From NCBI RefSeq assembly GCF_000021865.1, contig NC_014034.1, positions 1,800,001 to 1,832,000 on the forward strand: a DNA stretch of 32,000 nt. The letters are read 5' to 3'. The stretch's first letter is position 1; each line of letters begins with the position of its first letter. Below, in pieces: positions 1 through 11,546 of this stretch. The notes under the pieces were generated by a model, which saw only the letters and a program-made list of their open reading frames with translations, was not told where the DNA came from and did not search any database. Made by a program: the position numbers and the translations under genes. Source of the stretch: Rhodobacter capsulatus SB 1003 (GTDB lineage: Bacteria > Pseudomonadota > Alphaproteobacteria > Rhodobacterales > Rhodobacteraceae).

Positions 1-340
1 GTACGGGCGTCGCCCCGGCGAGATAGGCATCGGCGAATTCCTCGATCACGGCTTCGCGGAAAGTGTTTTCGTAATCAAGGACATAGTGGGGGAAATTCAT
101 CGCTTCCGCGACGCGGCGGGCATCGTGGATGTCCTGGCCCGCGCAGCAGGCGCCCTTTTTCGCCAGGGCCGCGCCATGGTCATAAAGCTGCAAGGTCACG
201 CCGATGACATCGTAACCTTCCTCCTTCAGCATGGCGGCCACCACCGAGCTGTCGACGCCGCCCGACATGGCGACGACCACGCGGGTGTCGGCGGGCGCTT
301 TCGGCAGGCCCAGCGAATTCAGGGGGAGATCTTTCGGCAT
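1..340 (-). CDS. mnmA: tRNA 2-thiouridine(34) synthase MnmA, N-terminal part (gene continues beyond the left window edge)
   Basis: Absent from the ORF track because it has no stop codon in the window. My reverse-strand translation from ATG (338-340) gives [113 protein letters not shown]. It has the PP-loop motif SGGVDS and the CC..QD..DA block typical of MnmA/TrmU. An AAGGA SD-like element lies about 9 nt upstream. Confidence 0.8.
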   Translation of the reverse strand, partial: MPKDLPLNSLGLPKAPADTRVVVAMSGGVDSSVVAAMLKEEGYDVIGVTLQLYDHGAALAKKGACCAGQDIHDARRVAEAMNFPHYVLDYENTFREAVIEEFADAYLAGATPV

Positions 341-352
341 CGCAACAGTCCT

Positions 353-420
353 TTAACCAGACCCGCAGGAATATAGGAAAATGCGAACTACTCTCAACCC
401 TTGGCTAAACCCAGCGTTAA
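353..420. promoter_or_regulatory. mnmA/sciP divergent control region with CtrA-type motifs
   Basis: TTAA is rare in this GC-rich DNA, yet this 126-bp spacer has TTAACCAG (353-360), a 7/8 match to the CtrA 8-mer TTAACCAT. It also has TAAA-N7-TTAA (406-420), one mismatch from the TTAA-N7-TTAA box. Motif match only, no binding data. Confidence 0.35.
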
Positions 421-466
421 GGCCCTCGGCGCATTCTGCCCCCATGAAGACGAGGGGGGTGAGCCC

Positions 467-745
467 ATGTATCTGAAAAAAGTGGATGGTCCGCGCGCAG
501 TTACGCTGCCCGACGGGACGATTCTGACCCGGGCCGATCTGCCGCCGAAAGAAACGCGTCGTTGGGTGGCGTCGCGCAAGGCGATCATCGTGCATGCGGT
601 GACGCATGGTCTGATCGGACGCTCGGAAGTACTTGAACGTTACGGCTTATCGGAGGAAGAATTCGATATCTGGGCGGAAGCGGTCAAGAAACACGGCATC
701 GCAGGGCTGAAAGTGACGGCGATCCAGAAATATCGACAACTTTAA
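467..745 (+). CDS. sciP: SciP-like small transcriptional regulator (DUF1153 family, CtrA antagonist)
   Basis: Track ORF 401-745 begins at a TTG. The in-frame ATG at 467 follows a GAGGGGGG SD-like run (452-459) and gives a 92-aa product. The block LPDGTILTRADLPPKETRRWVASRKAIIVHAVTHGLIGRSEVLERYGLSEEEFDIWAEAVKKHGIAGLKVTAIQKYR fits the DUF1153/SciP pattern (LPP..T.RWV..RKA.VV.AV..GL....E....Y.LS.EEF..W......G..GL..T..Q.YR). It lies immediately upstream of ctrA. Confidence 0.7.
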   Translation: MYLKKVDGPRAVTLPDGTILTRADLPPKETRRWVASRKAIIVHAVTHGLIGRSEVLERYGLSEEEFDIWAEAVKKHGIAGLKVTAIQKYRQL

Positions 746-783
746 GTTGCAAATGAACGGAATCCTGCGACAGTAACTACGTG

Positions 784-791
784 TTAACCAT
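784..791 (+). promoter_or_regulatory. Perfect CtrA 8-mer half-site TTAACCAT upstream of ctrA (possible autoregulation)
   Basis: TTAACCAT at 784-791, about 50 nt upstream of the ctrA ATG (841). A second TTAA lies at 822-825. Sequence match only. Confidence 0.4.
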
Positions 792-840
792 TTGGTGACA
801 AGGTCGAACGTGATCGAGGGATTAATGCGGAGAACCCAGG

Positions 841-1554
841 ATGCGGATTTTGTTGGTGGAGGACGACCCGACGACCTCTCGCAGCATCGAGCTGATGCTG
901 ACCCATGCCAACCTCAACGTCTACTGCACCGACCTCGGTGAAGAAGGCATCGACCTTGCCAAGCTTTACGATTACGACCTGATCCTTCTCGATCTGAACC
1001 TTCCCGACATGAACGGGCTCGAGGTGCTGCGTCAGTTGCGTCTGGCTCGTGTCGACACGCCGATTCTGATCCTGACCGGTGCCGATGACACCGAGAACAA
1101 GATCAAGGGCTTCGGCTTTGGCGCCGATGATTACATGACGAAGCCCTTCCATCGCGAAGAGCTGGTGGCCCGGATCCATGCGATCATCCGCCGCTCGAAG
1201 GGGCATTCGCAGTCGATCATCCGCACCGGCAAGATCTCGGTCAACCTCGACGCCAAGACGGTGGAAGTGGGCGGCAAGCCGGTGCATCTGACCGGCAAGG
1301 AATACCAGATGCTGGAGCTGCTCAGCCTGCGCAAGGGCACGACGCTGACCAAGGAGATGTTCCTCAACCATCTTTACGGCGGCATGGACGAGCCCGAGCT
1401 GAAGATCATCGACGTCTTCATCTGCAAGCTGCGCAAGAAGCTGGCCGAAGTCACCGGCGGAGAGAATTACATCGAGACCGTCTGGGGCCGGGGCTATGTG
1501 CTGCGGGACCCTGATCAGGGCGACCTTGACCGCCGCATGGTCGTGGGCGCCTGA
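841..1554 (+). CDS. ctrA: Cell-cycle response regulator CtrA (OmpR family)
   Basis: 237 aa. Receiver domain MRILLVEDD...[13 protein letters not shown] contains the phospho-Asp. The winged-helix C-terminal domain carries [12 protein letters not shown]...[19 protein letters not shown] lies 8 nt upstream. Sequence and sciP adjacency match alphaproteobacterial CtrA. Confidence 0.92.
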   Translation: MRILLVEDDPTTSRSIELMLTHANLNVYCTDLGEEGIDLAKLYDYDLILLDLNLPDMNGLEVLRQLRLARVDTPILILTGADDTENKIKGFGFGADDYMTKPFHREELVARIHAIIRRSKGHSQSIIRTGKISVNLDAKTVEVGGKPVHLTGKEYQMLELLSLRKGTTLTKEMFLNHLYGGMDEPELKIIDVFICKLRKKLAEVTGGENYIETVWGRGYVLRDPDQGDLDRRMVVGA

Positions 1555-5831
<4,277 letters not shown>

Positions 5832-5902
5832 GAGTTCTTAAAATGTTCTTGACGCATCGCGCGGAACATGAGAACAAAATGGCAACAGGAAGGAGACCTG
5901 AG

Positions 5903-6025
5903 ATGCAGAACCGTCCGACCCCGTTCGTTGCCCGTGAAACCGCCGAGATGGCGCAAGACATGATCGGGGCGCTCTCGCTTTGCGCCACTTTCCTTGCCGT
6001 GCTTTACCTGCCCGGCCTTTTCTGA
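5903..6025 (+). CDS. Hypothetical small hydrophobic protein (40 aa from the best-supported start)
   Basis: Track ORF 5843-6025 has three in-frame ATGs (5843, 5879, 5903). Only 5903 has a strong SD, GGAAGGAG at 5889-5896 with 6-nt spacing. Product is MQNRPTPFVARETAEMAQDMIGALSLCATFLAVLYLPGLF, with one C-terminal hydrophobic helix. A clean terminator follows. I recognise no family. Confidence 0.35.
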   Translation: MQNRPTPFVARETAEMAQDMIGALSLCATFLAVLYLPGLF

Positions 6026-6110
6026 CCGTCACTGCCACGCGCTTTCGCGACCCTGACGTCACATCACGGCCGCCTGTCCCCAAGGGCTTTGCCCGGAAAG
6101 CGCTTCCTGC

Positions 6111-6139
6111 GCCGCCATCTTCGGATGGCGGCGTTTTTT
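6111..6139 (+). terminator. Rho-independent terminator (recG / small ORF unit)
   Basis: GCCGCCATC-TTCG-GATGGCGGC: a perfect 9-bp stem (6111-6119 / 6124-6132) followed by GTTTTTT (6133-6139). It overlaps the stop codon of the convergent chemoreceptor gene. Confidence 0.65.
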
Positions 6140-7550
6140 ACATCCGATAGGCCAGACGCAGCCCGCCCCAATGCCGCCCCGAAACGAAGATCGGCGCCGA
6201 GAGATCCTTCATCAGCACGAAATTGCCGCCGCCCATGTCGCGCCGGTAGATCTGCAGCAGGAAGGGCGCGGTCGATTGCCCGGCCCGCAGCCCGACGCGG
6301 TCGTTGAAGATGCGCCGGTTGCGGCAGTTCGCGGCGTTCCAGACCGGATCCGGCCCCTGCGGCTGCGAGAATTTCCGGTTGTGCGTCGGCAGATAGCCGT
6401 TGCGGTCGACGGCGGCGCAAAACACGATCTCGGGCGAGAGGCTCAGCACCCGTTCCTGCACCGCGGGCAGGACGGCGTCGGTAAAGCCGGTGAAGGGCGC
6501 CATCACCTGCGCCGGATTGCTGCCCGCGATCGGGCTGTAGCGCGTCTCGAAAAGCGTGCCGGCACTGATCCGGCCCGCGGAAATGCCCGCCTCGAACAGC
6601 TGGCCCACCTCTTCGGCGGCGGATTTCACCGCCTCGATGAAGGCGGTGTCGGCCAGCGCCCCGCCCAGTTCGACCGCCTCCTGCACGATGGTCTCGCCCG
6701 CGATGATCAGGGTCCGGGTCTTTTGGGTCGCTTCATGCACCTCGGTCGAGGTTTGCTGCATGCCCTCGGCCATGCGGCGGAAGGCCGGGCCGAAGGAGGC
6801 GTTGGCGCTGTTCACCTCGGCGGCGCGGGTGGCGATTTCGGTCACCGCCGCGCGGGTCTGCGTCAGCCCGCCCAGCATCCGGCCAAGCGCCGCATCGGTG
6901 CCCGTCGCACCGGTCAGCACCGCATCGGCATCGGTCGAAATCGCGCCCGCCTCGTCATGCAGGGCGCGGATCGAGCCGGTCAGCCCGCCCACGGCATTGC
7001 CGATCCCCTCGGAAGCGGCGGCCGTCCGGCGCGAGAGTTCGTTGATCGCCTCGGCCACGACGGCAAAGCCGCGGCCCGCGTCGCCCGCCCGGGCCGCTTC
7101 GATTTTCGCGTTGATCGCCAGGATGTTGACCTGCATCGCCACGGATTTGATCCCGGCATTTTCCGCCTGCACCCGGGTCAGTGTCTCGTTCAGCTCCTCC
7201 ATCCGCGCGATCGCCGAGCGCACCCAGCTGGCGATCGTCTGCGCATGGGCCGAGGTTTCGCGCAGCTGCGCCGCCGTCTCCTCGACCATGCCCAGCGTCG
7301 CATCGGCGCTTTGGCCGACACGCTGCGCACCGTCCAGCACCCGGGCATTCGCGTCCTGCACCGTCTCGGCCGCCGTCTGCGCGCTGCGCAACAGCGAGAT
7401 CTGCGAATCCGCGAGCTTTTCCAGCGCCTCGAGCGCACTGGCCACCTCGGCGACATCCCGGCCCAGATCGAGCGCGTCGGTCGCGATGCGGGTGATGCGC
7501 CTTCGGAACTGGTTGCAAGCGACGGGGAGGAGGCGGGATGGGTCATGCAA
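6138..7550 (-). CDS. Soluble methyl-accepting chemotaxis protein with inverted domain order
   Basis: 470 aa. The MCP signalling hairpin [39 protein letters not shown] sits in the N-terminal half. I see no hydrophobic TM segments. The C-terminal ~170 aa ([10 protein letters not shown]...[17 protein letters not shown]...[13 protein letters not shown]) looks like a sensor module. The start is a TTG with no convincing SD, so the 5' end is uncertain. Confidence 0.8.
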   Translation of the reverse strand: MHDPSRLLPVACNQFRRRITRIATDALDLGRDVAEVASALEALEKLADSQISLLRSAQTAAETVQDANARVLDGAQRVGQSADATLGMVEETAAQLRETSAHAQTIASWVRSAIARMEELNETLTRVQAENAGIKSVAMQVNILAINAKIEAARAGDAGRGFAVVAEAINELSRRTAAASEGIGNAVGGLTGSIRALHDEAGAISTDADAVLTGATGTDAALGRMLGGLTQTRAAVTEIATRAAEVNSANASFGPAFRRMAEGMQQTSTEVHEATQKTRTLIIAGETIVQEAVELGGALADTAFIEAVKSAAEEVGQLFEAGISAGRISAGTLFETRYSPIAGSNPAQVMAPFTGFTDAVLPAVQERVLSLSPEIVFCAAVDRNGYLPTHNRKFSQPQGPDPVWNAANCRNRRIFNDRVGLRAGQSTAPFLLQIYRRDMGGGNFVLMKDLSAPIFVSGRHWGGLRLAYRM

Positions 7551-7612
7551 GGTCCGGATGAGTTACAGCCCACCATCGCATGCGCCCCTTGCACAAGAGT
7601 TAAGGGGCGTTC

Positions 7613-8041
7613 TCAAACCGCCGTGAGAGCCGACAAAGTCGCCTCCGGCGCAAGCAGAATCGAGGCGTGACGGTTCGGATAGTCGCGCGCGGCGGTCAGG
7701 ACCTCGTATTGCGCGAAGGGCGCGGCGGGGACCGGGCCACCGCGCAGCATGGCGGCCAGGCTTTCGCACAGCGCCTGCACCTCGGACCGCGAACGCCCGA
7801 TCACTTCGGCACCGAAAATCGCGGCCGAGGCCTGGCCCAAGGCGCAGGCATGCACGGTCTGGGAAAAGGCGGTGATGCGCCCGCCCTCCAGCCGCAGCGC
7901 CACCGAGACGGTCGAGCCGCAAAGCGGCGCCCGTTTCGTGGCGCGCAGCGCCGGATCGGGCAGCGGCTCGGTGTGCGGGATCGCGGCGGCCAGCGCCAGC
8001 ACGCGATCGGCATAGAGTTTGAAAAGATCGGCATCGCTCAT
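7613..8041 (-). CDS. NifU/IscU-like iron-sulfur cluster scaffold family protein
   Basis: Track ORF 7613-8587 is artificially extended through the tRNA. The real start is most likely ATG at 8039-8041 (MSDADLFKLYADRVL...), giving 142 aa. Cys-containing blocks APLCGS and HACALG resemble the IscU/SufU N-terminal domain family. Confidence 0.65.
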   Translation of the reverse strand: MSDADLFKLYADRVLALAAAIPHTEPLPDPALRATKRAPLCGSTVSVALRLEGGRITAFSQTVHACALGQASAAIFGAEVIGRSRSEVQALCESLAAMLRGGPVPAAPFAQYEVLTAARDYPNRHASILLAPEATLSALTAV

Positions 8042-8098
8042 GGCTTTTCCCCGCAGTCTGTGCGGGTTAGATAGACCGGGACACGCAGGGAGGAAAGC

Positions 8099-8461
8099 AT
8101 GGGTTTCGATCCGCAGAGCCTGAAATATGATGCCAACGGTCTGATCCCGGCGATTGCGCAGGAGGCGGGCACGGGCGAGGTGCTGATGATGGCCTGGATG
8201 AACGCCGAAAGCCTGGCGCGGACTTTGGCGACGGGGCAGGTGACCTATTGGAGCCGCTCGCGGCAGGCGTTCTGGGCCAAGGGCGAAAACTCGGGTCATG
8301 TGCAAAAGCTGGTCGAGCTGCGGATCGATTGCGACCGGGATTGTCTTTTGCTGCTGGTGACGCAGGCGGGTCCGGCCTGTCACACCAACCGCCGGTCGTG
8401 TTTCTACACGGCGCTGCGCGGCGGCGAAGAGGTCGAGATCCTGACCCCGATGGCGGACTGA
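8099..8461 (+). CDS. hisI: Phosphoribosyl-AMP cyclohydrolase
   Basis: 120 aa. NGLIPAIAQ...EVLMMAWMN...[52 protein letters not shown] is the classic HisI signature. GGGAGG SD upstream. Confidence 0.92.
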   Translation: MGFDPQSLKYDANGLIPAIAQEAGTGEVLMMAWMNAESLARTLATGQVTYWSRSRQAFWAKGENSGHVQKLVELRIDCDRDCLLLLVTQAGPACHTNRRSCFYTALRGGEEVEILTPMAD

Positions 8462-8510
8462 GCGCGACGCCCGCACGGCCTGCGGGCGCAAAAGCGTCCT
8501 GACGTCAGGA

Positions 8511-8593
8511 TGGTGCGGGTGAAGGGACTCGAACCCCCACGCCAAGGCGCCAGAACCTAAATCTGGTGCGTCTACCAGTTTCGCCACACCCGC
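8511..8593 (-). tRNA. tRNA-Leu, anticodon TAG
   Basis: The reverse complement reads GCGGGTGTGGCGAAACTGGTAGACGCACCAGATTTAGGTTCTGGCGCCTTGGCGTGGGGGTTCGAGTCCCTTCACCCGCACCA. Features: 7-bp acceptor stem GCGGGTG/CACCCGC, anticodon stem CCAGA/TCTGG with loop TTTAGGT (anticodon TAG), long variable arm, GGTTCGAGTCC T-loop and encoded CCA. Confidence 0.9.
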
Positions 8594-8776
8594 ACTGCCC
8601 TCGCTTTTAGCAACTCGCGCGGCCCTGTGTAGGGGGGCAACAGGTCTGCGGGCAAAATAGGGTTTGTTAACCTTTCCCCTCGCCAGAGCGCGGGGCCTGT
8701 CCTAGGCTTCCGATCAGAGCCGCAAAGGCCAGATGATCAAAAAAGCCGGAAACCGGCACGAGAGCAGGAAGACCCG

Positions 8777-9307
8777 ATGGACAGGCAGGCCACGGGGCGC
8801 GGGGAGGGCGGGGCCAGGGCGCCCGCATCTTCGGCGTCCGCCTTCACATTCGATTCCCGTCTGGGCGCCGAGGGCGCGCATGGGGTGGCGGGCTTCGCCA
8901 TGGGCTCGCGCGTGGCGACGATGGACGGGCTCTTGCCGGTCGAATTCCTGAACCTGGGCGACCGGATCGTCACCCGCTCGGGGATGCGCGTGCTGCGCGG
9001 CCTGTCCAGCCTGCCGCTGGTGTCGCGGCTGGTCGGCATCGCGCCCGGGGCGCTGGGGCATGACCGGCCGGGGCAGGCGATGGTGCTGGGATCGGGCACG
9101 CAGGTGCTTTTGCGCGACTGGCGGGCCGAGGTGATGTTCGGCACCGCCCAGGCGCTGGTCGCGGTCGAGCGGCTGATCGACGGGCAGTTCATCACCCGCA
9201 TCACCGGCCGCAAGATCCGCATCTTCGCGCTGCATTTCGAGGCGCCCGAGGTGATCTATGCCGATGGCGTCGAGATCGGCTGCAAGCCCCTGGCCTTGCG
9301 TAGCTGA
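8777..9307 (+). CDS. Hint (Hedgehog/intein-like) domain protein
   Basis: 176 aa. GFAMGSRVATMDGLLPVEFLNLGDRIVTRSG...IAPGALGHDRP...VLLRDW...ALVAVERLIDG...IFALHFEAPEVIYADGVEI fits the stand-alone Hint-domain proteins common in Rhodobacterales. AGGAAG SD lies 5 nt upstream. Confidence 0.7.
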   Translation: MDRQATGRGEGGARAPASSASAFTFDSRLGAEGAHGVAGFAMGSRVATMDGLLPVEFLNLGDRIVTRSGMRVLRGLSSLPLVSRLVGIAPGALGHDRPGQAMVLGSGTQVLLRDWRAEVMFGTAQALVAVERLIDGQFITRITGRKIRIFALHFEAPEVIYADGVEIGCKPLALRS

Positions 9308-9320
9308 CAGGGGGCGAAGC

Positions 9321-9371
9321 GCGTATTTGCCCCAAGAAAAAACGCATCGGCTTTTCTTGGTGAAAATACGC
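9321..9371. repeat. 51-bp palindromic intergenic repeat, copy 1
   Basis: GCGTATTTGCCCCAAGAAAAAACGCATCGGCTTTTCTTGGTGAAAATACGC. Arms GCGTATTT..CCAAGAAAA / TTTTCTTGG..AAATACGC pair as a long hairpin. It lies between the convergent Hint gene and nnrD. See copies at 13029 and 20320. Confidence 0.85.
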
Positions 9372-9395
9372 CCTGTCGCGCTGACGGGCGGCGGC

Positions 9396-10250
9396 TCAGA
9401 GGTTCAGCGCGCGGAAGACCTTTGGCAATTCCTCGGGCAGATCCTCGGCGATCAGGCCGGGGCCGAAGCTCAGCGCGGCTTCGACATGCAGCCAGGTGCC
9501 GGTGCAGGCGGCCTCGAACGGTGTCAGCCCGCGCGCCATCAGCCCGGTGATGATCCCCGCCAGAACGTCGCCCGATCCGGCCGTGGCCAGCCAGGGCGCG
9601 GCGCGGGGGCCGGTGGCGCTGTGCACGGCGGCCGCGCCCGACGGATGGGCGATGGCGGTTTCGGGGCCCTTGAGCAGCACGGTGCAGTTGATCCGCGCGG
9701 CGGCCTGGCGGGCGGCGGCGACGCGGGGCAGGCTGCCGTCTTCGAGCCCCTGCGCAAGGTCGGGGAACAGGCGGCGGAATTCGCCCTGATGCGGGGTGAT
9801 CACCGTCTGATCATGCATCGCGTTGAACAGCGGGCCGGGATCGGCGGTGAAGGCGGTCAGCGCATCGGCATCCAGCACGGTGGGACGGCGCAGCCAGAGC
9901 GCGGCGGGCACCATTTCCAGCGCCCGCGGCAGGCCCAGCCCCGGGCCGAGGCAAAGCGCGTTCAGCCGCGGGTCCTGAAAATGGCCGCGCAGGGAATAGG
10001 CATCGGGCAGGGCGGTCAGCATGATCGCGGTCAGCTGCGCCGCATTCTCGGCCAGGCTGATCTGCGGACAGGCGAGCGTCACCAGACCCGCCCCCACTCG
10101 CAGCGCGGCCCGCGCGGCCAGACGGGCGGCGCCGCCCTTGCCGGGACTGCCCGCCAGAATCAGCGCATGGCCGTGGTCGTATTTATGCGCCTCGGGCGAT
10201 TTGGCGAGGCGGGAACGCATCTCCTCGGTCAAGGTGATCTGGCGGAACAT
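9396..10250 (-). CDS. nnrD: ADP-dependent NAD(P)H-hydrate dehydratase (YjeF C-terminal domain) as a separate ORF
   Basis: Track ORF 9396-10778 overlaps nnrE in another frame. The plausible start is ATG 10248-10250 with GGAGGGG SD about 4 nt upstream. MFRQITLTEEMRSRLAKSPEAHKYDHGHALILAGSPGKGGAARLAARAALRVGAGLVT... and a C-terminal GSGDVLAGIITGL motif are typical of the carbohydrate-kinase-like dehydratase domain. Product 284 aa. Confidence 0.8.
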   Translation of the reverse strand: MFRQITLTEEMRSRLAKSPEAHKYDHGHALILAGSPGKGGAARLAARAALRVGAGLVTLACPQISLAENAAQLTAIMLTALPDAYSLRGHFQDPRLNALCLGPGLGLPRALEMVPAALWLRRPTVLDADALTAFTADPGPLFNAMHDQTVITPHQGEFRRLFPDLAQGLEDGSLPRVAAARQAAARINCTVLLKGPETAIAHPSGAAAVHSATGPRAAPWLATAGSGDVLAGIITGLMARGLTPFEAACTGTWLHVEAALSFGPGLIAEDLPEELPKVFRALNL

Positions 10251-10318
10251 GGCCCCTCCGGCGCGGTCGTTTTTTCCAACCCTAGCGCGGGGTGGTGAGA
10301 AAAGCGTGAAGATCCGCC

Positions 10319-10957
10319 CTAAAGGCCGATCGGTTTGACGATGACGCCGATGCCCTCGGCGCGCAGCTGCGCATGTGCGGGTTTTTCGCGGTGGAAGGTG
10401 ACCGCCAGCGAACAGGGCGCCGAGGGCCAGCCCGCGGCATCGGCCCGCGCATCGGCATCGCGCCCCGAAGGCAGGTCGATCGCCAGCACCGGCCGCCCCG
10501 CGCTGGCCAGCGCCGCGAAGATCGGGCCGAAGCCGGTCAGGGGCCGCGTCAGCCCAAGCCCGAAAAGCGCATCGACGACCAGATCGGCGCTGCTGAAATC
10601 GGGCGCGGCGGGCAGGGGCGCGATCGTGCCGATGCGCCGCCAGCGGTCGTGATTGGCGCGGGCGTCGGGCGGCAGCCGGTCCGCCTCGCCGTAAAGATAA
10701 AGTGTCACCTTCCAGCCGCGGCGGCGCAGGAGCCGGGCGACCACGAAGCCGTCGCCGCCGTTGTTGCCCGGCCCGCAAAGGATCATCGCATGGCGCAGCG
10801 CCACCGCGGGCGGGCGGATGTCGGGCCAGGCCTCGGCGATCGCCTCGACCACCGCCGCGCCCGCGCGTTCCATCAGCTCGAGCCCGCTGGCGCGGCCGGA
10901 GGCGATGGCCGCCCTCTCGAGGCTGCGCATGTCATCACTCGTCAGGATTTCCGTCAT
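10319..10957 (-). CDS. nnrE: NAD(P)H-hydrate epimerase (YjeF N-terminal domain) as a separate ORF
   Basis: 212 aa. MRSLERAAI...GLELMERAG.AV...ILCGPGNNGGDGFVVARLL...VVDALFGLGL.RP...AIDLPSG is the YjeF_N signature. It ends at TAG (10319-10321), 68 nt before the nnrD start. Confidence 0.8.
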   Translation of the reverse strand: MTEILTSDDMRSLERAAIASGRASGLELMERAGAAVVEAIAEAWPDIRPPAVALRHAMILCGPGNNGGDGFVVARLLRRRGWKVTLYLYGEADRLPPDARANHDRWRRIGTIAPLPAAPDFSSADLVVDALFGLGLTRPLTGFGPIFAALASAGRPVLAIDLPSGRDADARADAAGWPSAPCSLAVTFHREKPAHAQLRAEGIGVIVKPIGL

Positions 10958-11465
<508 letters not shown>

Positions 11466-11546
11466 GACTTCCGAATTTCGGGCGATGGCCCGGCACCGCA
11501 ACGGGCCCAGCCCGCACCCCATGCTCAACGAAAGGGTAATTTGCAA

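Noticed and set aside
7584-7608. Hairpin GCCCCTT-N11-AAGGGGC between the NifU-like gene and the chemoreceptor gene.
   Set aside because: It has a 7-bp stem with a large 11-nt loop and no T-tract on the relevant (minus) strand. I cannot distinguish a weak terminator from chance.
8497-8510. Perfect 14-bp palindrome TCCTGACGTCAGGA (contains TGACGTCA) abutting the 3' end of tRNA-Leu.
   Set aside because: It occurs once. On the tRNA strand it could form only a 5-bp stem with a 4-nt loop before CGCTTTTGC, so at best it is a weak tRNA terminator. There is not enough evidence for a regulatory site.
8042-8587. N-terminal extension of track ORF 7613-8587 (324 aa, starting MAKLVDAPDLGSGA...).
   Set aside because: The extension translates through the tRNA-Leu gene (8511-8593) and the hisI coding region on the opposite strand. 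The NifU-like homology begins only at the Met at 8041.
8739-8757. A6-GCCGG-AAA-CCGGC, which on the minus strand reads as a hairpin followed by T6 (terminator-like), just upstream of the Hint gene.
   Set aside because: The stem is only 5 bp with a 3-nt loop, and no minus-strand gene ends nearby that it could terminate. It is likely fortuitous, or part of the Hint or tRNA promoter region.
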